This document shows positions 27,614 to 39,500 of a stretch of DNA of 64,000 bases, one piece after another. The notes beneath the pieces were generated by a model. That model did not search any database. It was not told where the DNA came from and worked only from the letters and a program-made list of their open reading frames with translations. The position numbers and the translations under genes are program-made. The first letter of the stretch is position 1; every line of letters starts with the position of its first letter. The stretch comes from a virus, in the IMG/VR virus record IMGVR_UViG_3300032299_001015, positions 1 to 64,000 of that record. The stretch is one strand, 5' to 3'.

Positions 27614-28782
27614 GTATTATCGTTGTCGTCCTCTACTAAATAAAGCGTAAGATCATCTACTAGATCTCCAGTTAGTTCTATACTAAATCTAAAAAATGGT
27701 GTTCCTGATCCATTATACCGTAATTCAAATAGATCTAAGAACTCTAAGTAATTATAGTTGGGACTACTTTTATCACCTTTTGAAATAAGTTCATCTATTA
27801 ATGTTTTTACTGTTTCTGCCCGTTCTTCCGCCAACCCTGACTCGGACTCGGGGGGAGCATTATAATCTGGAAGTGGATAATACGGTCTACCATCTTCTCC
27901 TATTATTTCATTTTCTGCAATATAATCAATTCCATAAAAATCTATTCCACCCTCAATAAATTCCTTAGCAAAATTAATAATTTGAAGATGTAATTTTTCT
28001 ACCTCTCTAGTAATTTTTTTATCAAGGTTGGGCATACCAAGATGTTCAGCCTTTTTTGATATGGCATAGTCGGCTCTATTGGCAGGCTTAGGTATATCTA
28101 TCTTCTTACCACCGCCTTTAACAGTAGGATCTCCTGGTGGACCCTCTGGCGCCTGTACTTCTTCAGTATCTGGGACTACATCTTCGTCATCATCTATATC
28201 GTCAACATCTGGAATTCCATCATTATCGTCATCGGGGTCTTTATTGTCTGGGATGCCATCCCCATCTGTATCCACAGGAGTAGTTGGAGTTGGGGTAGGC
28301 GTAACTTTTTTATTAACAAGTTTATTAAAAAGTTCATTTAGATGCTCTCTATCTTTTGACCCAAAACCTCCTTTTTCACTGGCTCTTTGCCTTGCTTCTT
28401 TTTTAAGGCGATCCTTGTTATCATTGGATAATTTGTCTGACTCATTGACCCTTTTAATAAATTTTTGAAGATCAGTTTCTGTTTCACCAGGCCCTTTATC
28501 GTCCTTTACAGGCTTCTTGTCCTCTTTTACTAATTTTTTATCTTCCTTGGTATCTGGTTTTGGAATACTAAAGCCACCATCTTTTTTGTCTTCTCTCCCC
28601 TTTTTATTTAAAGCGTCGTCTAACTGTTTATTGATCTTCTTTTTTTCTTCATCATTTAAAGCGCCTTTAGCATTTGCAAATTTTTTAGCACGATCTTTTA
28701 ACTCTTGCGCCTCCGACTGAGTTATGTATCCTTGAGATCTAGTAAAATTAATTTTATCCAATATTCTTTGTAGATCAGTCAT
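27610..28782 (-). CDS. Tail-module protein with TSP3-like Ca-binding repeats
   Basis: PTPTPT linker then DTDGDGIPDNKDPDDDNDGIPD. Confidence 0.6.
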   Translation of the reverse strand: MTDLQRILDKINFTRSQGYITQSEAQELKDRAKKFANAKGALNDEEKKKINKQLDDALNKKGREDKKDGGFSIPKPDTKEDKKLVKEDKKPVKDDKGPGETETDLQKFIKRVNESDKLSNDNKDRLKKEARQRASEKGGFGSKDREHLNELFNKLVNKKVTPTPTPTTPVDTDGDGIPDNKDPDDDNDGIPDVDDIDDDEDVVPDTEEVQAPEGPPGDPTVKGGGKKIDIPKPANRADYAISKKAEHLGMPNLDKKITREVEKLHLQIINFAKEFIEGGIDFYGIDYIAENEIIGEDGRPYYPLPDYNAPPESESGLAEERAETVKTLIDELISKGDKSSPNYNYLEFLDLFELRYNGSGTPFFRFSIELTGDLVDDLTLYLVEDDNDNT

Positions 28783-31700
28783 TATGACTCACCTACTTCA
28801 ATAAGATCAATGTTAGTGGAAGGACCAGCAGGACTTACACTATGAGATATAGATGAAATAACAAAAGTCTTAGGTCCAAACTTAGTGTTAGATTCATTAT
28901 ACCCGCGAGATTTATCAAATATTCTAACCTTATCTCCTAGTTCAATAATGGGGTTTGCAAATGTCTCAATGCTTAGTTTTATTCTTGGTCTATTGCAGTG
29001 TTTTGAAATCCATCTCATAAGATCTCTTGCATGAGAAATTGACTGAATGTATTGACTATCTAGTGTGAAAGATTGTGCCCCGTAGATTGATATATTTTTT
29101 TCTCTTTCTGTCACACGCTTCTTATCATCCTGAGTCATGTCATAATAATCTTTCATATTGACGGCACCAGTATTTATTTCTTCGGCAGATATACCAACAA
29201 TATAAATAGGAAGATCGCTGCTGTCCCCCAAAGTTATAGGCCCGCCAGAACTATTAACTAGTGTAAGTTTGGCTCCAAAAGATGTTGACTCATAATTTTT
29301 AATAAAATACTTAGGATTAATTTTTGAAATATCTAAAAGTGCTGAAACATAGGCTGGAGCAGAGAATCTAACATTATATTCCTTCACTTCTCTAGCCAAT
29401 CTAGCAAAATCGTTAAAGTAAAACTGTATTCCCTTGTCAGAGTCTTTAAATAGGAAGTTTTTGTTAACAGGGATAATTCCCTTTTCTAATTGATTGTTAA
29501 AGTATTTATAGTTTTTTAGCCAATCCTTTTCATTATTCTTTGAGATAACTCCACTATATGGACGAGCAGCAGCCATCACATACTCATAAATGGCTTGCGA
29601 ATCATTTCTTACAAATAGGAATATATCTCTAGAGTTTACTCCAACTGCTTTTCCAATTGGTTCAGTGTATGAACCTATCTTTTGTCCACCGTAAAATATT
29701 GAGTATTCCATTCCATTTTCATATTTATTTATTATGATATCTAATTCAAATACGGGATCGGTTGGAACATCATCATTTTTAATAACTTCTATAGAGGTAT
29801 CAAATACAGTAAACCCTGCCACTCCTGCGCGTAATAATAGTTCTGGTTCATACTCAGTCTTTCCATTGTCCTGAGATTTTAAAGATATTTTATAAAATCT
29901 TAAATTATATTTCCAGGCATTCTTTTCAACAACATTCTTGCCCGATCCAGCAGACTCTACTTCTAGGAAATACCCTTCATTATCATTATTAAGTCCAAAG
30001 CCTATTCCAGCAATAGATGAATTAGTGGACATAATATCTTGCTGATTTTTAATTTGTCTTCTTGGAGAGTAAAGCCTCATTCTTGTTGAGATAGCATTAG
30101 GCTGGAAATCTAAAGTTATCCTTTGACCATATATATTTCTTTCCCCCTGCATAAAAACGTAATCATCAAAGGACTCCCCTGGAACATCTTTATCTACTTG
30201 TTTATTCAACTCTTGCAGCCTTCTAGCAACATTTTTGTTTCTGTTAGAATCCAGGATAGATAAAAGAATATCTGTATCTTCCTTAGGAGATGTTGGTCCA
30301 GATAGATGGAGGAATCCTAAATAACTTTGCAATGATTCTGACGGAATAGTTCCTAGATTCTTTCTAGCAGACTTATATCTCACCTTGTCTAAGAAGTTAA
30401 ATTTTGTAGTTGCTTTTAGATTTCCAGGCATACTCCTAGACTCTGATAATGATCCACCAAGCATAAGTTTAAATCTGTTACTGTCTTCTATACCATCGGA
30501 ATCCTCTGCTAAAGCAAAGTGTGTACCAGGCTTACTCTTTAATGCTGCACGACCGTCACCAATAACTTTGTACTGATATTTATCATCGCTCTTACCAACG
30601 ATTTGAGTTTTAACGTCGATAACTAATCCTCTAAACGATAACGAATCGCCCTTTCTCATAGTAGATTTCAATTGATTAAAATCATCTTTTGTAAAAATAA
30701 TTTGATATCTAGATAAATTAGATGATGTACTAGCAATATAATATAGTTTTCCGCGATACCTTATATATTCATTATCAATAAGAACAATTCCTTCAAACGG
30801 GTCCAGAGTTAATCCTTCATTAGTATCAAGATAGATGATCAAAGATCTTCTATCTAAATCATCATTTGCTGAAGTATTATATAACTGTGTTATTAAATCA
30901 TTTTCATCTACTGCTACATATGTTCCTGGAAAGGCAGTTTTTAATCTTTGTAAAGGAATATCTCTAACTAAATTAGATGCACCTAAAGCAGACTCATTAT
31001 TATCCCCAGCACTCCATAAAATAGTAGAGGTATATCCATAGTTTGAAAATGCTAAAGAGGCCATAGGAACTTCATCTATGTTTAATTGTTCAAGAACTTT
31101 TGACTTCTCTTTTTGAAGACTATCTACTAATGCACTTTTTCTTGGACCATAAGTATGATAAGTAATCTCTCCATCTGTAAGAGGGCTTATTTTTTGCTCT
31201 GACAAAGAAGCAATATTAGCCTTGTATCCATTGATGTAAGAATATTCTGGGTCCGCCACCGAATAATCTTCATCGCCTAAAAACCAAAAGTCTGTTCCAG
31301 GAGACTGTGCTGGAACTGGATGATCCTCAGAAACCCAAAACCCATAGTAATCACTATAGGTCCACTCTGTTTCAGATGGAAGAGCGTCAGTATTCCCTCC
31401 GTAGAAGAACCAATTATTGTTGTACCAAACATATTTATATCGGTCTGGGTTTAAAATAATTATTTGTGAAGAGTCTTCTATAGTAGCATTCTCTGTTAAT
31501 TTTTCTTTTGTAAGTACATTTAATCTACCAACAGCATCGTAAAACATAGAACATTGTGTAGCCAAAGCAATTTGTTCTAGCACTTCTGCAACGGTTTGTT
31601 CTTTTTTACAGAAAAAGTTTTTTATTCTAGTATCCTCTTTATCATAACTTATTTCATCAGAAGATTTTTTAAATTCCATCCCAGTAATGCCAACATTATC

Positions 31701-33053
31701 TAGTAAAATTAAAATTATTGAAGATAGGGCAGCATTAGATGAAAATAAAATGTCTGGAGCATTAGTTTCTCTAAGAAACTTCATTCCATCTTCTAGATTA
31801 ATTGATACTGAGTAATCTTCTCCAACATTCCATTCATTAGAATATAGAACCTTCATCGGTACAGTTAAAGTCTGAGATGCTGATGGAGTATATACCTTCT
31901 GATAAAAAGAGAACTTAACATCTTGATTTAACATTTTTAATGAACTGAGTGTGCTAGATATTAAGAATTGATTATCTTCATTAGATAGACTCACCGCCCC
32001 TGCACCAGTTACAATAGATCCAACAGGTAAACCAAAACTAGTTGAGTCTCCAATAGATGAATCAAAGTTAAAAGATTCTGTATATGCACTAAGATCAATT
32101 TCTAGTCTTGGAGATATTTCAATTAACTCTAAGGACCCTGGGCTATATGTTACTACAAGGGGCTCGGCGTCAGACTTAACCAATGATAACTGTTCTACTT
32201 TAAACCTAACCCCATTTATCTTTTGTAACTCTGTAGGATTAACAGCAGTTAATTGATTTATATCATCTACTCTAGATACCGTTTTAGACCACGTTCCCGC
32301 ATTGTAATACAAGTTTAAAATTCCATTAGAAAAATCAATAGTGCTAGATGACGAATAAACTGTTGACCAACTGGATGAATTTGTTAAAATATCTACATAG
32401 AATTTTACAGGTATAGATAGATGATTTTGTACCTTAATCGTAATTTTATTACATGGAACTCCAGATGCTGTTTCATATACGACAAAAGGATTTGCATGAG
32501 CAATCTTTCCACTTACTGCATCTGATATACCATAACTAGCCTGAGAGTACAAGTTAAAGTTTTGCTCCCCCGCCGCAACTGGGATTAAATCCATTAACTT
32601 GGCAGAATTAAAATAATCGTATAATCTATTTTTAGATCCAGGATAGTATCTAGCGCTTGAAGTTGTCATACTTGCAACTTTTATATTATCGCTTGATGGG
32701 GCAAAAGTCATATTTCCAAAATTTTGTAATAATATAATTCCTGGATCTGGCCTATCTGGTTTAAAGACTGATGCTAAGTCTGAAAAATATTCTTGTGATG
32801 GATCTACTTGTTTAGATCCATCATCATACACTAAGTAATTTTGTCCACCAAAAATATCTGATACTGAAGAGGATGCATTATATATGTTTGATACACCAAA
32901 TCCTGGCTGATTAGTTCCAGGAAATCCTCTGTATACGCCGTATTCTTTAATAGGAATATATTTATTCATATTCCATTCAGCAATTACCTGATGTTGGCTA
33001 TTAATTCGGTCGGTGCTTTTATATAAATTTCTTATTTGACTAAAGTCTAACAT
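28782..33053 (-). CDS. Large minor tail (tail tip/hub) protein
   Basis: 1423 aa; TVAEVLEQIALATQCSMFYDAVG and ANPIIELGDKVRI hub-like motifs; position after TMP. Confidence 0.75.
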   Translation of the reverse strand: MLDFSQIRNLYKSTDRINSQHQVIAEWNMNKYIPIKEYGVYRGFPGTNQPGFGVSNIYNASSSVSDIFGGQNYLVYDDGSKQVDPSQEYFSDLASVFKPDRPDPGIILLQNFGNMTFAPSSDNIKVASMTTSSARYYPGSKNRLYDYFNSAKLMDLIPVAAGEQNFNLYSQASYGISDAVSGKIAHANPFVVYETASGVPCNKITIKVQNHLSIPVKFYVDILTNSSSWSTVYSSSSTIDFSNGILNLYYNAGTWSKTVSRVDDINQLTAVNPTELQKINGVRFKVEQLSLVKSDAEPLVVTYSPGSLELIEISPRLEIDLSAYTESFNFDSSIGDSTSFGLPVGSIVTGAGAVSLSNEDNQFLISSTLSSLKMLNQDVKFSFYQKVYTPSASQTLTVPMKVLYSNEWNVGEDYSVSINLEDGMKFLRETNAPDILFSSNAALSSIILILLDNVGITGMEFKKSSDEISYDKEDTRIKNFFCKKEQTVAEVLEQIALATQCSMFYDAVGRLNVLTKEKLTENATIEDSSQIIILNPDRYKYVWYNNNWFFYGGNTDALPSETEWTYSDYYGFWVSEDHPVPAQSPGTDFWFLGDEDYSVADPEYSYINGYKANIASLSEQKISPLTDGEITYHTYGPRKSALVDSLQKEKSKVLEQLNIDEVPMASLAFSNYGYTSTILWSAGDNNESALGASNLVRDIPLQRLKTAFPGTYVAVDENDLITQLYNTSANDDLDRRSLIIYLDTNEGLTLDPFEGIVLIDNEYIRYRGKLYYIASTSSNLSRYQIIFTKDDFNQLKSTMRKGDSLSFRGLVIDVKTQIVGKSDDKYQYKVIGDGRAALKSKPGTHFALAEDSDGIEDSNRFKLMLGGSLSESRSMPGNLKATTKFNFLDKVRYKSARKNLGTIPSESLQSYLGFLHLSGPTSPKEDTDILLSILDSNRNKNVARRLQELNKQVDKDVPGESFDDYVFMQGERNIYGQRITLDFQPNAISTRMRLYSPRRQIKNQQDIMSTNSSIAGIGFGLNNDNEGYFLEVESAGSGKNVVEKNAWKYNLRFYKISLKSQDNGKTEYEPELLLRAGVAGFTVFDTSIEVIKNDDVPTDPVFELDIIINKYENGMEYSIFYGGQKIGSYTEPIGKAVGVNSRDIFLFVRNDSQAIYEYVMAAARPYSGVISKNNEKDWLKNYKYFNNQLEKGIIPVNKNFLFKDSDKGIQFYFNDFARLAREVKEYNVRFSAPAYVSALLDISKINPKYFIKNYESTSFGAKLTLVNSSGGPITLGDSSDLPIYIVGISAEEINTGAVNMKDYYDMTQDDKKRVTEREKNISIYGAQSFTLDSQYIQSISHARDLMRWISKHCNRPRIKLSIETFANPIIELGDKVRIFDKSRGYNESNTKFGPKTFVISSISHSVSPAGPSTNIDLIEVGES

Positions 33054-33578
33054 TTATACCTCCACCAATGTCATGGAAATATTCCAAAGATCGTGAGTCG
33101 AACCCCTCTTTTTTATGGTATAACTAAAGTCATCAAAAAATACGTTGTAGTTTTCTAATCTATATCTTAATGGGAGGGCTGAAGCAGTTGGGGTGTCATA
33201 CACTAAAGTAAGATAAAAACTATCTGTATTATTTTTATGCCAGTCAAGCATCTGCTGGCATGACGCCCAATTATTTCCTGTCCCAAACATAGATTCGGAT
33301 ATTTCTATTTTTGCAGAAGGTAAATCTTCCCAGTTTACTGAGAAGGTTTTCTTATCGGCAACATGATACGATCTCATTCGACCATTAATCATTCGTTTCT
33401 TATATTCTATTCTTTCTAAAGAAACTTGCATTTCTGATCTACTATCATCTGTCAGATACAGAAAACTAGATCCTAGATCCCACTGGCCTAGTTCTGAATT
33501 AACTGCTACAGGTTGAGACTCTGAAAAAATCATCAGCGCTGGGCGCGTCCAAATTCTATCTAATGTCGTTGTTGGCAC
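33054..33578 (-). CDS. Distal tail (Dit)-like protein
   Basis: Directly after TMP; RMINGRMRSYHVADK, WNISMTLVEV. Confidence 0.65.
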   Translation of the reverse strand: MPTTTLDRIWTRPALMIFSESQPVAVNSELGQWDLGSSFLYLTDDSRSEMQVSLERIEYKKRMINGRMRSYHVADKKTFSVNWEDLPSAKIEISESMFGTGNNWASCQQMLDWHKNNTDSFYLTLVYDTPTASALPLRYRLENYNVFFDDFSYTIKKRGSTHDLWNISMTLVEV

Positions 33579-36500
33579 TACCCAGCACTCCTACTATGAT
33601 TTCTTCTACCGTTTGCTTGATTTATCATACTAATAACTTTATTAGCAATTGCGTTACTACTCTTTCCACCCGCACCATTAATAACAATATTTACTTTACT
33701 GGAATTCCTTACTGAAGAACTGTTAGATCCACCATAACTATTTGCAATGTTGGCGTTCATGCTTGAGGGGTTTATTGTCTCCACCTGGGGGACACCAAAT
33801 GTTGGAGTAGCCGTAGACATAGATCCTACAAAACCACCACCAGCATATTTGGCGGGAGAAACCATTCTTGGAGCGGTAGTAGCAAGACCACCCATTCCAA
33901 ATTGTCCAGCATTAACCTGATCCATAAATCCTTTACCATATTTTGCAACAGATGATGCTTTAACTACATACTCTCCGTTAGAAAGCATTGCTGGAATCAT
34001 ATCAGATCTTGGTCCGCCTGGTCCAGATACTGCTCCTCCCCCTGCGGAAAGTTTCATTATTCCGCCAGAAGCCTTATACTTCCATGAATTCCAAAAAGCA
34101 GCAGTCCTTGTTTCTGTAGCATCTGCCCAGGTTGGGCGGGGGTTATAGTAACTCCAGTCCCAAGAATAATTCCCATTATTATCCACCCTCATAGCCCACG
34201 GTAAGAAGTTTTTACCACTCTGAGATACATTCTTGTATGCAACGCTAGAGTTGTAAACTGGATCATTTAATATTTTATCATCTGATATCCACCACGGCTG
34301 GCTTCCATAACTTGGTTTATTTAATTGGAATATCCCATAATCACCTGTATCATAAATATTCCTGCCACCAGATTCTCTCATAGCAATAGACCATGCTAAT
34401 CTTTGCAAGTTTGTGGGCCATCCTCCTGCACGGATATGTCCAAGAGTTCTATTAGCATCTTCTACAGTATATCCATCTGGAATATTAGAAAATTGTATAT
34501 TTCCTGTTGGCTCATTAGTACTTCCGTTATTATTTGAATTAGACTGTTTATCAGAAACAGGCGTTCCAGCCATAGATAAAATTCCAAATAGTCCTTTTTT
34601 AGGAGCGGCAATCGATGGAGTTATCTGTACGGAAGAAGCGCCTGAGCCACCATTATTAGTTTCAGAAGTTTCTCCTCTATTAGTTTCAGAAGTTTCTCCT
34701 CCACCCTGCTCCCAGATTCTATCGGCATTTGATTGGTATAAACCAAGTGGGTATAAGGTGTCCCCTCTTTGTCCATTTGGCCTATTAGGTCCAGAGGCAG
34801 CAGCCCAGTCTTTATGGTTAATAATTTTTCCATCAAATGAAGGCCATCCAGCATACTCTTTAATTGCCGCACTCATTCTTGCAATGGTGTCAAACATCCC
34901 AGCGGTAAAGTCTTTTTTAAGACCTTGGGACTCTACCTCTATTTGCCAAAGTGTATTTGAGGCACCGCCTAGATTTTTAAGATCTTCTTTTAGTCCAGCG
35001 TATTCTTTATTATTAAATATTTCTGCTGCATAAGATCCTTCTGTTCCTCCAGCGCCAGCGCCCCACCCAGTACCGCCATATGCAAGAATATGTGCTGTAG
35101 CGTCTCTACCAACCATAGCCTGGACGACGGGCTTCCCTGCTTCTGGATTTCTAGCCATCCATTCTAATACTCCTGGGCCAACACCAGCAGTATGATGCAT
35201 CATAATACCACTTGGCTTGCCCCCAGGCCATGACCCGTATTGGTCCCAACTAGAATAATATGACAGTCTATTCTTTGGTATCCATTTATCTAATGATTTC
35301 TTTAACTCTACTGGTCCACCATCAGCAAATTTTCCAGCATTGATAGTATCCATCATGTCTTTGCCGTACTTGCTTACACTAGAGGCTTGAACTACATATT
35401 CTCCGTTTGAAAGCATTGCTGGGATTACATCAGACTTGGGACCACCTGGACCAGAAATATAACCGCCATATGCTACATTTGGAAGATTTTTTTTGGGAAT
35501 TGGTGGCAAGAAGGAAGAAAGTCCAAGTTTTCCTCTTAAGTCTTCATAACTACCGACTCCGCCATAGCCACTATTACTAGTAGGAGTGCCTCCAAAATAT
35601 GCTGCTCCAAATAAATCATTATACATTTGTACTAATTGCTTTTCTGCATCAAGTCGCTCAATATCCCCAGCAGCAACTTGTTGTTTCAAAACTGCATCAA
35701 GTGAGGCAATTTGATTTTTAACTAAATCAGCGTATCTTTTTGCTAGTTGCTCGCCAAAAACTTTAGTTACTTCTTTGTAACTTTCAATTTCTCCGTTTTT
35801 AATTCCATCAATTATATCTTTTGCCTCTTGATTCTTGCTAGATCTGTTTTCTAATCTTCTTTCCAACTCTTCATTATGCTTTTCAGTTTCATCGTCATAG
35901 TTCTTCATGTTGGTTTCGTGCATTTCAGATTCTTTATCCATTAAATCTTGAATTGAATCCATACGATCTTGCATCATCTTTTCATACTCTTCTTGTTCTT
36001 TTTGCTTTTCGCTTCTTGTTTCATCAATGGCTTCTAGTTCTAAATCTCTTCTTTCTTCAATTCCGCTAATTTGTTCATCATAGGAGAATTGTTGAGCATC
36101 CTGAGACATTTGTTCACGATCTTGCAGGAACCCAAATACATCTCCTGAAGCAAGTTTTTGCAAGGCTCCAAAAGCAGTATTTCTTTGTTGAGCGTAGAAA
36201 GAGTCGGCCTTCTGATTCTTTTGCAAAGATTTAATGTAAGCATCAGAAGACTTCTCAATCTTGTCAGATTTTTCATCTAACTGATCCATCTCTTCGTCAA
36301 ATGATTCCTTCTTGATATCCATCTCATCCTGCATTGCTTCAAGAGAATCCTCACGGGCCTTCTGTTCCAACTCAAAGTTCTCTTGAATAGACTCTTTCTC
36401 TTTCTCCCTAGACTTGGCATAACTTTCAATCTTATCTTGCATTTTATCCACAGATTCAGAGATATCATCCATGGCTATAGTAATTGGGGAAGAGTCTGCA

Positions 36501-39500
36501 AAATCTAACAGCGCCTGTTTTGTATCATCTAAGGCTGCATTAAGTGTTGCTAGCCTACTCGCATTTTCTATTGCTGCTCTTGCAAGAGCATCATCAAATT
36601 GTCCAGCAGCATTTTTTGCTTCTGTTAAGGGAACTCCTAGCGCAGTCATTTGAATCGCTAAGGCTTGAGTCTCTGCAGTAGAGTTTTGTAGTTGATCTAA
36701 AAGTTGATTAATTACTGGATCATCTAACTCGCCCATCATATTTTTAAATTCATCAAATGCCATCTCACGGGCAGACGTTCCCATTCCAAGAATATCACCC
36801 GCATCTTCATTTAGTGCTAAGTAAGATTCTCTAATTTTATCTAGATTTTGAGCAACTAGTTCTGGCGCAGTCTGAGATATTTCTATAGAACTCTTTAATG
36901 CTTGAACAAACTCTGGCCCACCAGCCAGAACATTCTTAAAATTACGACTAGCAACTTGAGGTGTACTTCTTCCATATAACCCAGGGTTATCAATTGCTTG
37001 CTGTCTCATTGCTTCACTTGCTGCTGTTTGTTGGCCTGCTACTGACTCTGGGCTAATATTGTCTACTGTTTGTTGATATGCCTCTTCTATTGTTTTTGCT
37101 TCTAATAAACCATTAGAGAATGCGCTAGCAAATGCAATTCCACCTTTATATCCAGCCTCTGCTGATATAGCCTTAATTGCATCCTGAGCCTCTTGTGCAC
37201 TCATTCCAGAAATAATCATCTTGGTGTATGCAGCACCAAGGTCGGCTGCTCCAACAGTAGTAACTGAAGTTTTCAATTTTTCAATAAGGCCTGCATAGTC
37301 TTCACTAACAGCCATACGCAATTCAGAGTTTATTGAGGATAGTTCTTTTGATGCTCCTGCTGCCTGGATGTTTTCCAGCGCACTTCCAAGACTGTCGATA
37401 GTCTTGCCAAAGAATTCCGCAGTCTTGGCTGGTTCAGCAAAGGCGGCATTTGCTTTTTCTTTTGCTTCATCAAGAGATTTCTTATACATGTATAGGCCAG
37501 CAGCAGTAATAACTAATGGAATTGCTACTGCTGCTACCGTTCCTGCTGCTGCGGCACCGCCTCCTGCTAAAGCCCCTCCAATTCCAGTCAAGGCCTTGCC
37601 TCCTCCACCAAGTAGACCTGCTGTTAGTGCGCCTCTTCCTGCTGCTGCTGCGGTGGCGCGTGCACCAAGGCCAGCCATGCCACCACCCATTTTTTTCACA
37701 CCGCCAACAATGCCCCCGCCAATACCTGTTCCTGAAAATGCCTGTAGTGCAAAAATAGCAGTAGTTAATGCTGTTGTAAACATCATTATTTTGGAAGATG
37801 CTTCGCTGGTAGCCCCACTAAACATCGTTACAGTGCTTGCTAGCATGGAGGCCCCCATAGCCGCATTCATTGCCCCTGCACCACGCATACCCCCAGACCC
37901 CCGTGCATCAGTTAAACTTTTTCCAGGGCCTACATTATTTAAATACGCTTCTCTTCTTTGTGCAGCAAGAGCCTTTCTTTGATCCATTGATATATCGCCA
38001 AATCTAGATGGTCTATTTGCTCCACTAGCAGCATAGGGAGACACCCCGCCCATAAGATATGATCCTGGGGTAAACATCGTTCCTTCTTGAACAGATCTTT
38101 TTACTATTGATTGATTTAATTGCTTCTCTGCTATAGCCTTAGATTCTGCTGCATTTGCAGCATTTCTTTCTGCTCTTTCTCTGATTGAAATAATATCTCT
38201 TAATTTCTTTTCCTCGGCGGCAAGTAGAGATTCTTCTTGGGCAAGTTTATCTAAAGCAGCAGCACGTTTTGTTCCTGCAACTGTTCCATCTTTATGTACC
38301 CATCTACCAGTTTCTAGATCCTTTGTCCAGTTTGCAAGAACAATGTTATGTTGTTTTTGTTGGACAACAATTCTTTGTTTTGTATCTGCAATAAGACCAG
38401 TTTGTTGAGTTTCCTTAATTAGGGCTTTTTCTAGAAGTTTCCTAGCATTTTCTTCTCTTTGATATACGGTTGCTGTAGATCTAGATTCTAATCCTGGGCC
38501 TATAGGTCCAGTTCTAACTTGCTTAGATGTAGCAATTCTAAGCCCTCTTTCTAGACCAATAATTGCGCCGTTACCAATATTCTTACCAGCCTTTTCTCCA
38601 ATTGAATCTGCCTTTTTTGATGGAGAAGAAGATTGAATTGCTCTAACAACTCCTTCGTCTAATGCTCTTTCAAGATCCACCGTTGACTTTCTCGCCCATG
38701 AATCTGCTGCGAGCCTTGAACCTTTATAAGTACCAGTTCCAGATGTTGAAACTCCTAAAGCCATTCTTCCTGGTCTTTCTTTTCCTTCATTAGTTCTTAA
38801 ATATTCAACAGTCCCATATTGTTTTGATAGTGCAAGAAGTCTTTGCGCGGCAATATCTCCCGCATTTGACAGTTTAACTAATTCTGCCTCTACTAGTCTG
38901 TAAAGTTGTGGATCATTAATTAATTCACCTTCTAGTCTAGCCATTGCAGAAGTTATACCTGTAATAGTTGGTTGAAGTTGATCAAATGACAGGCCAGTCG
39001 CTTTCATCATTAATGACCATCTTTCCCGATCTTTTAGTTCAGCAGCCAGAATGCTCTTTTTTACACCCTTACCCTCTACTTCTGTGTTTAATGCATCATT
39101 GGTTGCTTTACTAAGGCTAACGACTAGGTTATTAAATAGTTTTACTTCTGTAATTCCATCTGCTAGCATTTGTTGAAGTACTCTTCTTGCTCCAGACGTA
39201 GCAGAATCCATTGCACTTGTTATGGGTACAGTTACAGATCTAGTTAAATGTGCAAGCCTAGATGTTCCTCCACCATTTTCATACCCCTTTAATGTTCCAC
39301 GATTCATCTGCATGAGGACGGGAGCATATTTTTCTGTAGCCGCACGATTAACAATAAATTCACCAGGCTCAAGCATCGCGGGAATTTTATCTCCCCGACC
39401 TGAACCAGGAACAAATTCTGGTCTGGTAGAACCAGCCTGTCTTCTAATTGGAACGGCACCCCTAGGTGCTGGAGCCACTCCAGGAACAAATAATGCTGGG

